Shown: one piece after another, positions 8,257-17,344 of the stretch
Layout of the letters: every line of letters begins with the position of its first letter
Numbering within the stretch: the stretch's first letter is position 1
Source: an uncultured virus (IMG/VR IMGVR_UViG_3300042392_001468)
Lineage: Duplodnaviria; Heunggongvirae; Uroviricota; Caudoviricetes
Direction: 5' to 3' (one strand)
DNA length: 64,000 nucleotides
IMG/VR virus record: IMGVR_UViG_3300042392_001468
Notes under the pieces: model-generated
The model's input: only the letters and a program-made list of their open reading frames with translations
The model's database searches: none
What the model was told of the DNA's origin: nothing
Position numbers and translations under genes: made by a program

Positions 8257-8828
8257 TCTGCCTCCCCTTCGTAGTAGTTGCCAGACCGGTTGGCCTCCAG
8301 CTCAAACAAAGTCGGGAGGGCAGTGGTGGCTACCGAACCACCACTGCCCAGGGACTCCGCGCCCTTTCCCGAACTGGCGGCAGCCCTTAGACGCTGGGAT
8401 GCGTGATTGCTGCCGCCAGTTCGGGAGCCCGTTTCCGGGCCGCCGAACTTCCCACGGTGGCTATCCACTTCCACCTCTTCACCACGACAGCCTTGGTTAG
8501 CGCGGTGAAGTTTTGCTATGCCAGCCGGTGTGATCTGGTAGACGGCTGAGCGCCTTCCGTGGCCGGCAGGATCGTTTGATGAGATGCGCTCCCCAGTCTC
8601 GGCCATCAGTCCTTGGCGGACCAATGCCATGACTTGCGCTCCCACGCAGTTTTTACAGTCGGCAGGGATGCCCAGCACCAGCAGGTCAGCTGCGTGAAAG
8701 CGACCGTGGATCTCCAGGCTCTCAAGAATGGCCTGCCGGATTGCTCCCGACCAGTGAGCCTTGCGAGCTTCCAGCAAAGTCTTGGCCTCTTCGAATGTGG
8801 CGGTGCTGCCGCCTCTCTCGCCAATCAT
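8253..8828 (-). CDS. hypothetical winged-helix-like protein
   Basis: ATGA overlap; VGAQVMALVRQGLM.ETG...R...VY wHTH-like segment. Confidence 0.6.
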   Translation of the reverse strand: MIGERGGSTATFEEAKTLLEARKAHWSGAIRQAILESLEIHGRFHAADLLVLGIPADCKNCVGAQVMALVRQGLMAETGERISSNDPAGHGRRSAVYQITPAGIAKLHRANQGCRGEEVEVDSHRGKFGGPETGSRTGGSNHASQRLRAAASSGKGAESLGSGGSVATTALPTLFELEANRSGNYYEGEAE

Positions 8829-9178
8829 GCGGCCAATCCATCTATACGCTCTGATGTGGAGTGAATGTCTCTCACGCTCACTGCCTCCCGTTCTGTCTCT
8901 TGGATTTTCAAAAGCGCAGCCTTGGCCAGTGATGCCGCAATGTCTCTGCGCTGCTTGGCCTCGGCAGCCGCAGCGTTGGCCACGATCTCGGCACCGTTTG
9001 AAGGCATGGCCTTGTCCCGGCATTCCAGATAGGTCACTGACTTGACGCGCCTGTATTCAGCGTCTGAGCTGGCCTCGATTGCGGCCTGAGCTATGTACTC
9101 AGCGCGGGCCTCTCGTCGCTGGAGCGCCAGCTGGTGGTCAGCCCGCCTGCGCTCGTTCAGATCCATGGTGCCGTTCAT
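8825..9178 (-). CDS. hypothetical helical protein
   Basis: Coupled ORF in the recombination cluster. Confidence 0.7.
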   Translation of the reverse strand: MNGTMDLNERRRADHQLALQRREARAEYIAQAAIEASSDAEYRRVKSVTYLECRDKAMPSNGAEIVANAAAAEAKQRRDIAASLAKAALLKIQETEREAVSVRDIHSTSERIDGLAA

Positions 9179-9567
9179 CGGAATCTGTCCGGGTAGGTGT
9201 CTCGCTCAGCGATGGAGACTCTTTCGACACAGCCATGGCCGTCGTCTTGGTAAAGCGCAGATGAGCGACGGCCTCCGCGCCTTGGCTTGGCTTTCTCGCT
9301 GTAGTAGCGGGCCTCACAGTCATCGCAGCAAAGCCCCTGCTTGTGAAAGGGCTCAGAGCAGCGCATACATGGAAAGGCGGACTCTCCCCTCTCGCGCATG
9401 ATTGCCGCCTCCGCCTGCTGGCAATCACAAAGAAGCCTTGGCCGGTTGACCTTGTGGCGACGGCACCACGAGCACCACTGAGATGAGCTGTCCAGCTCGC
9501 TGTGCTCGTAGCAGGGGTCATCGGGGTTGATCCCTAGGCTGATCGCTCTTTCACGATCAGTTGTCAC
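9175..9567 (-). CDS. Cys-rich hypothetical protein
   Basis: Four CxxC pairs; coupled overlaps. Confidence 0.6.
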   Translation of the reverse strand: MTTDRERAISLGINPDDPCYEHSELDSSSQWCSWCRRHKVNRPRLLCDCQQAEAAIMRERGESAFPCMRCSEPFHKQGLCCDDCEARYYSEKAKPRRGGRRSSALYQDDGHGCVERVSIAERDTYPDRFR

Positions 9568-10238
9568 TGTGCCACCTCGTACTCAATGCCCGCCAAAAGC
9601 GCCCTGGTGTTTCCGTCTTTCAACAGGTCAATGGCGGTGGCGGTGTGAGTCTCGCGGTCCTGCTTGATCCACTCCCGCAGGCCGTCTCGCTCTTCGTTTG
9701 ACAGACCGACCTCTGCCACAAGCTGGGCCAGCTCATCCATTGGAGTGTCTGCTGGCGGGTCGACTGGTGGCTCCTCGCTTCCCAGCTCCTCTGGTGTGTA
9801 AGCAGCAGAGCTGGTTACATCAGGCGCGTACCAGCGAACTCCCTGAGTGAGCGCCCGAGCAAAAAGAAGAGCGGCTGTGTATTTCTTCCATGTCTGGTTT
9901 CCACCCAGCCCGGCCTTCTTTGCGTCCTCAAGCGTGAACTCACTGACACCGGACACTTCCCCGTCCTGTAGGAACTCAATGCGGCAGGTGGTGTCGGAGT
10001 GATCCGCAACCCGATAGTCGTAGCGTGGGTGGCGTTTGACCAATGCCGCAAGCAGGTTGGCGCTCATGGTCGGCTTGCCCTGAATGAGCGTGATGCCGCT
10101 GACCGCCTCCATCGGTCCCACTCCCATTTCCGCTCCAGCCAGAATCAAGACGTAAGCCTGGGCCTCGTTCTTGATGTTCGGAAACATGCCCGACTGATGG
10201 AAGGCAGATGCGGTCACCCTTGCGTCTGCGACGTTCAT
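9564..10238 (-). CDS. recT: RecT-like ssDNA-annealing recombinase
   Basis: SG.FP...A...ILAG.E.G.GP......I..IQGKP...A...LFARA...R...PDV. Confidence 0.8.
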   Translation of the reverse strand: MNVADARVTASAFHQSGMFPNIKNEAQAYVLILAGAEMGVGPMEAVSGITLIQGKPTMSANLLAALVKRHPRYDYRVADHSDTTCRIEFLQDGEVSGVSEFTLEDAKKAGLGGNQTWKKYTAALLFARALTQGVRWYAPDVTSSAAYTPEELGSEEPPVDPPADTPMDELAQLVAEVGLSNEERDGLREWIKQDRETHTATAIDLLKDGNTRALLAGIEYEVAQ

Positions 10239-10429
10239 ATGCCCACGCCCGTCAGGTAGTAGACGCGCCGCCCATCAGGGTCAGTTTCGTACGCCACCAT
10301 GCCCTCGTTCTGGAGCTTCCGCAGACTGCTGACAACCTCAGTGGCTGGCAGCAGCGAGTTGACGCTGATCTCAGAGGGTGACTGCTGCCCGTAGTGAAGA
10401 GCCTTGATGACCTTCTCGTGGGTCTTCAT
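10235..10429 (-). CDS. small winged-helix protein
   Basis: SPSEIS...V..SLRKL..EG.V...GRRVYYLT. Confidence 0.65.
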   Translation of the reverse strand: MKTHEKVIKALHYGQQSPSEISVNSLLPATEVVSSLRKLQNEGMVAYETDPDGRRVYYLTGVGI

Positions 10430-10707
10430 GCCACCACCTCAATGGCGTACTCACTGATTCGGGCTTCAAGCGATTCAATCCGCTCAATCAGGCCGATGGT
10501 TTCAGCGTGAAACGTGCCGGGAATGCCGCTGCGCTCGACGTACTTGGCGGTGTCTCGCGCCAGCATTCTCATGTCTTCCAAGTTTCCGCAGGCGGTCTGT
10601 ACTGCCTCGACCATGCGCTTGTGAAGCTCTTCTTCGATCTCGTCAATCAAGGTGCTTGCCTCCGATGAGGTAGACCACGACTGCCGCAACTCCGAGAGCG
10701 GCCACAA
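10426..10707 (-). CDS. hypothetical protein
   Basis: Coupled ORF. Confidence 0.55.
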   Translation of the reverse strand: MWPLSELRQSWSTSSEASTLIDEIEEELHKRMVEAVQTACGNLEDMRMLARDTAKYVERSGIPGTFHAETIGLIERIESLEARISEYAIEVVA

Positions 10708-10719
10708 TCATCAGCTCCA

Positions 10720-10959
10720 TCAGTCGGCTCCGGTGATGTTGCGGACGATCTCCCTGCGGGTTGACACCTTGCGGAAGTACGGAGCAACGCGGTCCCGGTA
10801 GTCAGGCCCGGTCAGCTCCATCTCACGGGCTGAGAGCCGCTGGTCAATTCGCTGCTCGGTCGGTGCCTCGTGGAACACTTTGACCTGCCGCAAAATCCAC
10901 AGCGTCAAAACAATCAGCGACACCAGGCAGACGATTGGTGTGAAGTCGAACTCGCTCAT
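10720..10959 (-). CDS. small membrane protein
   Basis: N-terminal hydrophobic helix. Confidence 0.6.
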   Translation of the reverse strand: MSEFDFTPIVCLVSLIVLTLWILRQVKVFHEAPTEQRIDQRLSAREMELTGPDYRDRVAPYFRKVSTRREIVRNITGAD

Positions 10960-11141
10960 GCGGCCTCCTTCTTGGCTTCAACTTCGGCATCCAAATGACG
11001 GAGAAGGGCAAGTCGAACCTCAGCCGATGCGCTCCGATGATTGGACCGGGCCAGCAGGCGCAGCGCGTCCCGTGTGTCCGGTTCCACCTTCGTTGCGACA
11101 ACCACTGTGTAGGTCGCCTCGCTCCCTTGCGATGTGCTCAT
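10956..11141 (-). CDS. Arc-like ribbon-helix-helix regulator (Cro position)
   Basis: VATKVEPDTRDALRLLARSNHRSASAEVRLAL; first gene of the leftward early operon. Confidence 0.8.
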   Translation of the reverse strand: MSTSQGSEATYTVVVATKVEPDTRDALRLLARSNHRSASAEVRLALLRHLDAEVEAKKEAA

Positions 11142-11230
11142 TGTGAAACCTTACCACAACTTTAGGCGGATTTGGTTTCATGATGAAAGCCGACTTGCGG
11201 TGCGGTTTACTTCCGGCTGCTAGATTTGTT
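11142..11230. promoter_or_regulatory. divergent immunity control region with leaderless leftward promoter and operator-like inverted repeats
   Basis: - strand TGGTAAGGT 6 nt before the ATG at 11141; TGAAACC(11144)/GGTTTCA(11174); palindrome TTTCATgATGAAA 11176-11188. Confidence 0.55.
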
Positions 11231-11291
11231 AGCCCTTCACGAAGAAGGGCACTTGAATGAAGCCGGCAGGGGTGACGGCGGAAAGGCGCAA

Positions 11292-11651
11292 ATGCCAACG
11301 AGGACACCAGGGCAAAGAATTAAGCAGGCAATTAAGTCTGCGGGCAAAACCCAGCAGCAGGTAGCGACCCACTGTGGAGTCTCCGCTCAGTCGGTAGGCA
11401 ACTGGGTTGCTGATCGTGATGAGCCAAAGGGCACCAACCTTCTCGCGTTGGCTGAGTTTTTGAGTCTGGATGCCTCGTGGATTTTGACCGGCGAGGAACC
11501 TGTCGAGCAGCGCGAGGTGCTCGAGGAACTCCGAGAAATCAGGACCGCTCAGGAAGATGCCGTCGAGCAGATGAAGGAGGCCAGAAACGAAACCATGACC
11601 GCTCTGAGGGAGCTGCGCCAGCTCATAGAAGATGGCACTGAATCCTTTTGA
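11292..11651 (+). CDS. XRE-family HTH repressor (CI-like)
   Basis: GQRIK......TQQQVA...GVS.QSV.NW...P....L..LA..L....WILTG; start may lie further upstream. Confidence 0.9.
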   Translation: MPTRTPGQRIKQAIKSAGKTQQQVATHCGVSAQSVGNWVADRDEPKGTNLLALAEFLSLDASWILTGEEPVEQREVLEELREIRTAQEDAVEQMKEARNETMTALRELRQLIEDGTESF

Positions 11652-11673
11652 CCTCTGATTAGGGATTGCCCAC

Positions 11674-11704
11674 AAAAAAACCCGCCGCTCTTTCGAGTGA
11701 CGGG
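11674..11704 (-). terminator. intrinsic terminator of the late operon
   Basis: CCCGTCACTC-GAAA-GAGCGGCGGG followed by T7. Confidence 0.85.
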
Positions 11705-11729
11705 CTGTACGGACAGATCACGGACTGCT

Positions 11730-12053
11730 TCACGACTTGATAGCAGGCCATTCGTTCGGTGGAATCCACTGCGGCTTGCTTCGCTTCGGCCACCAGACCA
11801 GCCACGGTTGAGCACCGGCCTGGCTTGCTGATTCCAGCAGGTGCCGCCTATCAGCCGGCGGAAAGCCTGCGAACGGGCCGCGAGTCGTTGACTTCACTTC
11901 AATCATGCGCGGCTCCCTGCCGACATGGAGGGCAATCAGGTCGGCCTCCCCGTGTGATCCTGCCGCCCTCAGCACAAACCAGCCTTCCTCTCGAAGCTGG
12001 TTGGCTAGGTCGCGCTCCCTCTGGATGCCCCTGACCTGCGCTCCCCTGCTCAT
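11730..12053 (-). CDS. Hjc-type (PD-(D/E)xK) Holliday junction resolvase
   Basis: G...ER.L...L...GW.V.RAAGS.G..DLIA......IEVKS. Confidence 0.85.
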   Translation of the reverse strand: MSRGAQVRGIQRERDLANQLREEGWFVLRAAGSHGEADLIALHVGREPRMIEVKSTTRGPFAGFPPADRRHLLESASQAGAQPWLVWWPKRSKPQWIPPNEWPAIKS

Positions 12054-12340
12054 GTCTCGGGAAGTGCGCTGATCTGCCGGGCCTGCTCAATGATGGCAGC
12101 GGCCTCCTGCCTGCCTAACTCTTCCGGTGACAGATGCCCGAGCTCGGTGCGCTGCTGTTCTCTTTGAGCGCAGTAACGAATGAAGGCCAGGTTCCGCAGG
12201 CGGTCTATCGCCTGGGCGATAGTCAGCGGACGGGGAACTGAGCAGGTCATACAGGGACGCTGACACTCAGGGCACTTGGAATACTTTGGCGAGTACGGCC
12301 AGCAGGTGTGGCAACTGCCGCACTGGTAGCTGGCTGCCAT
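12050..12340 (-). CDS. Zn-ribbon hypothetical protein
   Basis: CGSC...CPEC. Confidence 0.65.
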   Translation of the reverse strand: MAASYQCGSCHTCWPYSPKYSKCPECQRPCMTCSVPRPLTIAQAIDRLRNLAFIRYCAQREQQRTELGHLSPEELGRQEAAAIIEQARQISALPET

Positions 12341-12341
12341 C

Positions 12342-12740
12342 TCACTGCCGCCGCTTCCGCTCAAGAGCAGCGTGCGCCAGTGCGAAGTGATGCGCCGCAG
12401 TCAGCAGCTCGGGGTCAATCGCTTCTGTGCCAGCTCGCCGATCATTCAGCCAAGCAAAGCAGGCATAGTTGAAGCCGTCCGCTGCCTCTTCGAGTCCTTC
12501 GGCGCAGTTGTCTCGCCCCAGATACTTCAGGCCGAACTCAACCCGCCCGGCTCGCTCCCTGCGGAATGAGTCAGTGAAGATGCCAGGCGTTACGCCCGGC
12601 AGCTTTGCCACCTCAGCCTGGAACTCGGCCAGAGTCGTGTCGCTGGAGAGGATGCGCCTGTTGTGCTTGACACCGCACCTGCGGCAGAAGTCTGGTCTGC
12701 GGTCATTCAGGCTGGGTCGCTCGCAGCGGCAATGGCTCAT
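12342..12740 (-). CDS. Zn-ribbon plus MazG-like helical protein, close homolog of 58018-58419
   Basis: CRCERP.LNDRRPDFC..CG; GLKY.GRDNC.EGLEEAADG.NYA. Confidence 0.75.
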   Translation of the reverse strand: MSHCRCERPSLNDRRPDFCRRCGVKHNRRILSSDTTLAEFQAEVAKLPGVTPGIFTDSFRRERAGRVEFGLKYLGRDNCAEGLEEAADGFNYACFAWLNDRRAGTEAIDPELLTAAHHFALAHAALERKRRQ

Positions 12741-13972
12741 GCGTATCGCCTTCCGTCTGGCAGAAGCAATCGCCCCGGCAGGTAGACAATCGGTGCCACG
12801 GTGAAATCATCGTCCGGCCATGTCTTGACCAGCATGGCTCCCTGCTGCCAGTCGGGGCAGTTCGCATATCCGAGGCCGTCCTCAATCTCACACATACAGC
12901 CGCACTCGCCGGCCAGCCGGGTTTCGGTTCCGTCGTCTGGGTCGTGCGCTGTCCTGTAGAGCAGAGACATCCGGTGGCTGTGGCCCTGAAGGGTTGAGCC
13001 CGAAAGCTCGGTGAGCATCTTGCCGCCGGGGTTCTTGGTGGTCGAGTAGCCGTGAAGGGCGGTGAGCCGCTTGCCGATGCGGGTCTTGGCCTTGTCCCAA
13101 TCCTTCTCCACCAGCTCGACGTGAAGCTCGTCCAGCCTGAGCAGATTCCTCAGTGACAGTGCCGGCGTATCTTCATTGGCAACAGTGATGTCGTAGAGCC
13201 CTTTGAGGTTGTCCACCAGTGCGTAATACAGCCGCATGTCGTGATTGCCGAACTTGAGCCGGATCTGAGCATCAGGGCAGGCCGTGCGGTAATCGAGCAG
13301 AAGGTTGAAGCCCGACTGGAGGCACTCGTTGACCGTGTTGGTGAAGGGGTACTCCCCGCCTGGTCCCTGCTTTGGCATCTGCCGGTGGCGGGATATGTCA
13401 GCGAAGTCCAGCAGGTCGCCGTTGATCTCGATCAGATCCGGCTGCTCTTCTGCGAGGAACGTACAAAACAGCCGGTGAAGTGTCTTGTCGTGGTGCGGGG
13501 CGTGATGGTCGCCGCAGACAACGGCAGTCGTGGGTCCGGTTGTCTCTCGGGGCTTTGGTTTCGGCAGCGGCTTCCAGCCCTTGAGCTCTGGCAGCTTCAG
13601 CCCTCCGAGTATCGGCTGAGCGGAAATCTCCAGCCTGATCTGCTCGTTAGGTGCGTCGGGGCTTCCCCAGGTTCCCTCACGCGCCTTGACATTGGTGACG
13701 CGCCAGCCCTCGGGGTCAAGCCCGACGCGCTTGAGCAGCTTCTCGGGGCTCAGATCCGCGCCCTTCTCTACGTCAACAGTCAAGGTCTGAGCGCCTTTAG
13801 GGACTGGCGCTCCTATCTTGGTCGCTCTGCCTTCCCGCAGCAGCTTGTTCCGCAGACCAGCAGGCGAGACACCGACCTCTGTGGCGGTCGTGACGATGCC
13901 CGACTCCAGCACGCGGGCTTCAACCGCGTCCAGGTCCAGGCTCTCGAAAACCAGTGACTGCTTACCGGCCAG
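12737..13972 (-). CDS. HTH plus calcineurin-like metallophosphoesterase
   Basis: GDHH, NGDLLD, GNHD, HG, GHSHR motifs; start is either CTG 13972 (after AGGAAGG) or GTG 13912. Confidence 0.85.
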   Translation of the reverse strand: MAGKQSLVFESLDLDAVEARVLESGIVTTATEVGVSPAGLRNKLLREGRATKIGAPVPKGAQTLTVDVEKGADLSPEKLLKRVGLDPEGWRVTNVKAREGTWGSPDAPNEQIRLEISAQPILGGLKLPELKGWKPLPKPKPRETTGPTTAVVCGDHHAPHHDKTLHRLFCTFLAEEQPDLIEINGDLLDFADISRHRQMPKQGPGGEYPFTNTVNECLQSGFNLLLDYRTACPDAQIRLKFGNHDMRLYYALVDNLKGLYDITVANEDTPALSLRNLLRLDELHVELVEKDWDKAKTRIGKRLTALHGYSTTKNPGGKMLTELSGSTLQGHSHRMSLLYRTAHDPDDGTETRLAGECGCMCEIEDGLGYANCPDWQQGAMLVKTWPDDDFTVAPIVYLPGRLLLPDGRRYA

Positions 13973-14147
13973 AGCGCCTTCCTACCGGCTCGACAAAGTG
14001 GCGAAGGATTGGAGCAGTGGCTGCGATGACCACTACGGAGATCCAACCGGCGATGATTCCCTCAGCAGCTAAGGCCGCTACTACGGCATTGGCAGTGAGC
14101 AGCACAACGGTTGGCTCAATGTAGAAAGCTCTGAGTATTGATCTCAC
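13962..14147 (-). CDS. holin-like membrane protein
   Basis: Two TM helices, EP...R..V.PV pattern; AAAGGAAA RBS; downstream of the lysins. Confidence 0.7.
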   Translation of the reverse strand: MRSILRAFYIEPTVVLLTANAVVAALAAEGIIAGWISVVVIAATAPILRHFVEPVGRRSGR

Positions 14148-14214
14148 GGGTTTCCTTTCGAGATATGACTGGCGACCATCAGCACTAGGACAAACACGAG
14201 AAGCACGGGGTCCA

Positions 14215-14919
14215 TCAGGGGAACTCTGTTGAGTAGTTCCCGGTTCTGATTAGACGATTCTCAGCCCTGCGTCGGCGGGTCAGCCCTGGCAAAGCAGAGC
14301 CGCCGGCCTTGTGATAGAGCAGCAAGGCACTGGCAATGGCTCGACGGTTGCCAGAGTCGATGGCTTTGCCGACAGTCTCAAAGCCGGGTGTGCCGGGTGT
14401 GACTGCGCCGGGTCCGAGATTGAAGGCAAACGAAACCAGCCCGTCAAAAAACTCCTGAGTGAACTGGCCCTCGAGCGGCCCGCCTTTGTCGAACAGCGCC
14501 TTGACCGCAGGCGCATAGTCGGCAGCGACCTTCTGGCGCAGCAGCTGCCGGGCCTCTCGCTCTGTGAGCTGTCCCGGTTTGTCTTGGCCCTTGATCCAGA
14601 CTCCCTGCCGGTCAGCGTCGTTGACTGGCCGGTATCCGAGCAGATGCCCGTAGCCCACCGTGGCGTAGCCGACCGGATCGTTGTAAGGCTTCGAGAAGAA
14701 ACCCTCAAACGATGAGATGAAAGCGGCTCCCTTGTTAGAGAGGGTTGCGTTTGATGCGTCGGTCTTTCGACGGATGATGCGCCTCAGCTTGCGAATGGCG
14801 CGAACATGGCCCCTGGCTGCTTTGGCGTGACCGGGTGCCTTGGTCTGTTCCCACTTTCCCACCTGGCGATTGCGTGAGCGGATGCGCTGCTTGAGCTTTT
14901 GCCTGAGCTTGGTCAGCAT
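14215..14919 (-). CDS. endolysin, GH24 lysozyme with a basic N-terminal extension
   Basis: FEG....Y.D..G..TVGYGH...D.LVSFAFNLG...LPGLTRRR.AE. Confidence 0.92.
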   Translation of the reverse strand: MLTKLRQKLKQRIRSRNRQVGKWEQTKAPGHAKAARGHVRAIRKLRRIIRRKTDASNATLSNKGAAFISSFEGFFSKPYNDPVGYATVGYGHLLGYRPVNDADRQGVWIKGQDKPGQLTEREARQLLRQKVAADYAPAVKALFDKGGPLEGQFTQEFFDGLVSFAFNLGPGAVTPGTPGFETVGKAIDSGNRRAIASALLLYHKAGGSALPGLTRRRRAENRLIRTGNYSTEFP

Positions 14920-15455
14920 CAGACTCGCCTGATTCCGACGTGGGTGTGTGGGCCGGTGCCGTGTGTGCCGCAGATGATCTGGATGCGGAACTGCCGCCCT
15001 GCCCGGCTGATGATGTGCTCAGCGTAATCGTCGCCTGCGCCGTTGTAAGGCACTCCGAGCGCATCGCCTATGGCCGCACCGAAGGCGTAGTTGGAGTCGG
15101 TGCCGAAGTCCACCGCATAAGCGTTGGTGTTCCCAAAGTAATGATCGCTTGACGGGTTGCCGTAAGTCTCGCTGCGTTTCCTCGATGTGACCGGGATGCC
15201 CCACTTGCGGCCAATCGGAATGATCTCGTTGGTGGCGATGGACTGGCAGCCCTGCCACGGGCCCGTTCCCGACTCTGGCCTGCGAAGCACTGCCCGCTTG
15301 ATGAGCTTCCGCAGCTTGGCAATCGCGCCGTTGTGCGTGCGGACGGCCTTGGCGTGTCCGCGCCGGCGGTTCTTGCGGTAGAGCTTGGCCTGCCGTTCGC
15401 GGGCAGACTTGCGCCTCCGCAGTTTGTTCCGCAGAGTGGAGAGTGGTGCGGCCAT
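14919..15455 (-). CDS. second lysin, LAS/M15-like Zn peptidase with a basic N-terminal extension
   Basis: S.H......AVD ... H.H Zn ligands (SDHY...AVDF...HTHVG). Confidence 0.7.
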   Translation of the reverse strand: MAAPLSTLRNKLRRRKSARERQAKLYRKNRRRGHAKAVRTHNGAIAKLRKLIKRAVLRRPESGTGPWQGCQSIATNEIIPIGRKWGIPVTSRKRSETYGNPSSDHYFGNTNAYAVDFGTDSNYAFGAAIGDALGVPYNGAGDDYAEHIISRAGRQFRIQIICGTHGTGPHTHVGIRRV

Positions 15456-15470
15456 TTGGCCCTCCTGTTG

Positions 15471-15767
15471 TTAGAGCTTGTCCAGATTCAGCAGTGCCAC
15501 CGTCGCGGCACTACCGATGACAACCAGAAAGCCGATGACCGCCGGTGCCACCCAGCGGGCAATCTGCTCGCGGTGCTGCTGGTCGCGCTGCTGGCGCTGG
15601 TTGATGAGCGCCTTGTCAACCTGCTCCCTGCCTTCGAGCTCGGTCACTCGCCCGTTGGTTTTTTTGACTTCGCTGCGGATCTCCGTCAGCGCCTCCTGCT
15701 GTGCGTCGAGCTTCGTGGCGATGCGCCCCAGCTCGACAAGGATGGTGTGAATATCGCCGGGGGTCAT
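15471..15767 (-). CDS. coiled-coil membrane protein of the lysis cassette
   Basis: KKTNGRV..LE coiled coil plus C-terminal TM helix. Confidence 0.7.
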   Translation of the reverse strand: MTPGDIHTILVELGRIATKLDAQQEALTEIRSEVKKTNGRVTELEGREQVDKALINQRQQRDQQHREQIARWVAPAVIGFLVVIGSAATVALLNLDKL

Positions 15768-17344
15768 ATGATTCCCCTTGCCGACAGTGCGCCTGAAACC
15801 CGCTGATTGAAGGCTTCCATTGTGTCAATGGCATTGTCAGTGGTGATCGTCAGGGAGTGGTCCGACCACGAAGTTCTGGTTATTAGACGCGGCACGGGCG
15901 TGTGCTGGTTTGTGACCAGGACGGTTTGATCTGCTCTGACATAAGAGCTGGGCCAGCGGTGGCCGTGAATGTCTTTGACATAGGCCGGCACGGTGATCGT
16001 CGAAGGTCGCCGGGCCTGGTTAGCATTTGCCAAAGCGACGGCTCCAATCTCAACCGCGTCATCTGGGGGCACAGGCCAGGACACGTCGATATTCAGCCAA
16101 GCCTGATCTCCCCACTGGTTGGCCGCAATCCACTCGGCATTGTCCCTGAGTCCGCTGGCATCGTCGGGAGTCAGCCGCTTTTGTTCATTGGTCGTTACGT
16201 CGGTGAAAGACACGGCCACTCCGTTGTAGAGGTTCTCGGTCGTGTCGCCTTGGTATTCGACTCGCACGCCGTCCACGCCTGATGCCACTTGCCAGTCAGC
16301 CACGGATAGGTCATACGGTGAGAAGTCCAGCATCCGGTCCTCCCAGACTCCGAGCTTCCACAGGTGGTATCCGTTGAGCTGGCGGATCGCGTCAGCCGGG
16401 GTCGTCGGCTCCCGCCAGACTGCGTGCGGAATCAGGTAGCTGGTCGGCTGTATTCCGGTGGTGATCCACTGCGGGCAGTATCGGTTGGCAAGGTAGCGGA
16501 TGGCATCTGATGCGGTGAAACCCGTCATGCCGTCGTCGCGGGTAGTGATCGGCACGCCATGCTGCCCGTAAACCGCTGCGGTCATGGTCTGGCTGAAAGG
16601 CAACGCGGCTGATGGCGTGTGCTGGGTCGAAGCCTTGACCGTCAGCACTAGCGCCTTTGGCGAGCCGGTGAAGTTGATTGTCCGTGCCGTGCTGTCGAGC
16701 GTCAGGTTCGATGTGGTCGAGCCTGTTATCTGATCCTCGTTGGTAGCAGACACCGTTGAAGTCGCCACGTTCGTCGTGTTCGTCCGTGAGCCGTTGTAGG
16801 CCAGCGCGGATATGGATGTGCCAGACGGTGCGCGGTAGGCCGCTTCAGACTGAGAGTTGGCAGGAATGACCTTGCCGGTTGAGCCGGTGAAGATGACCGA
16901 TCCAGTTTTTGTCTCTACGCTGTAATCGGCTTCCTGCGGAATGGTCGAAGCGTTGAGAGCTTTGCGGGCAGTCGTGACTGAGCCCCAGGCGGAAACGTCC
17001 CGGTCAATGATGAAGTCGGTGATTTCCCGCTGCTCGCCGTGGCTCATCCAACCGTCACAGTCAAGTGAGAACTGGTCGGATACTGGAATGCCCTGAGCCC
17101 GTCCCTGGTAGACAATCCGGCCTGTGCCTGAGCGCAGCGTCAGCTCGTTGAGAAGTCCCAGCTCTGGGTAATCTCGTTCGGTCGGCCTGCGAAGCACAAC
17201 CGAACCGCTGGAGAAACCGCGTCCTGATTCCGTGTCAAACGATGGCGAGAGCGGACGGTTGCCCGCATCCGGTGATGCCGAGTCCCAGCGGATGACCTCA
17301 CCGGACGGCAGCCGGATCTCCGCATTTAGGTCAGCCGCGCTCAT
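15764..17344 (-). CDS. minor tail / tail-tip hub protein
   Basis: Position after the distal tail gene; beta-rich; YNGV.V.F pattern. Confidence 0.7.
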   Translation of the reverse strand: MSAADLNAEIRLPSGEVIRWDSASPDAGNRPLSPSFDTESGRGFSSGSVVLRRPTERDYPELGLLNELTLRSGTGRIVYQGRAQGIPVSDQFSLDCDGWMSHGEQREITDFIIDRDVSAWGSVTTARKALNASTIPQEADYSVETKTGSVIFTGSTGKVIPANSQSEAAYRAPSGTSISALAYNGSRTNTTNVATSTVSATNEDQITGSTTSNLTLDSTARTINFTGSPKALVLTVKASTQHTPSAALPFSQTMTAAVYGQHGVPITTRDDGMTGFTASDAIRYLANRYCPQWITTGIQPTSYLIPHAVWREPTTPADAIRQLNGYHLWKLGVWEDRMLDFSPYDLSVADWQVASGVDGVRVEYQGDTTENLYNGVAVSFTDVTTNEQKRLTPDDASGLRDNAEWIAANQWGDQAWLNIDVSWPVPPDDAVEIGAVALANANQARRPSTITVPAYVKDIHGHRWPSSYVRADQTVLVTNQHTPVPRLITRTSWSDHSLTITTDNAIDTMEAFNQRVSGALSARGII

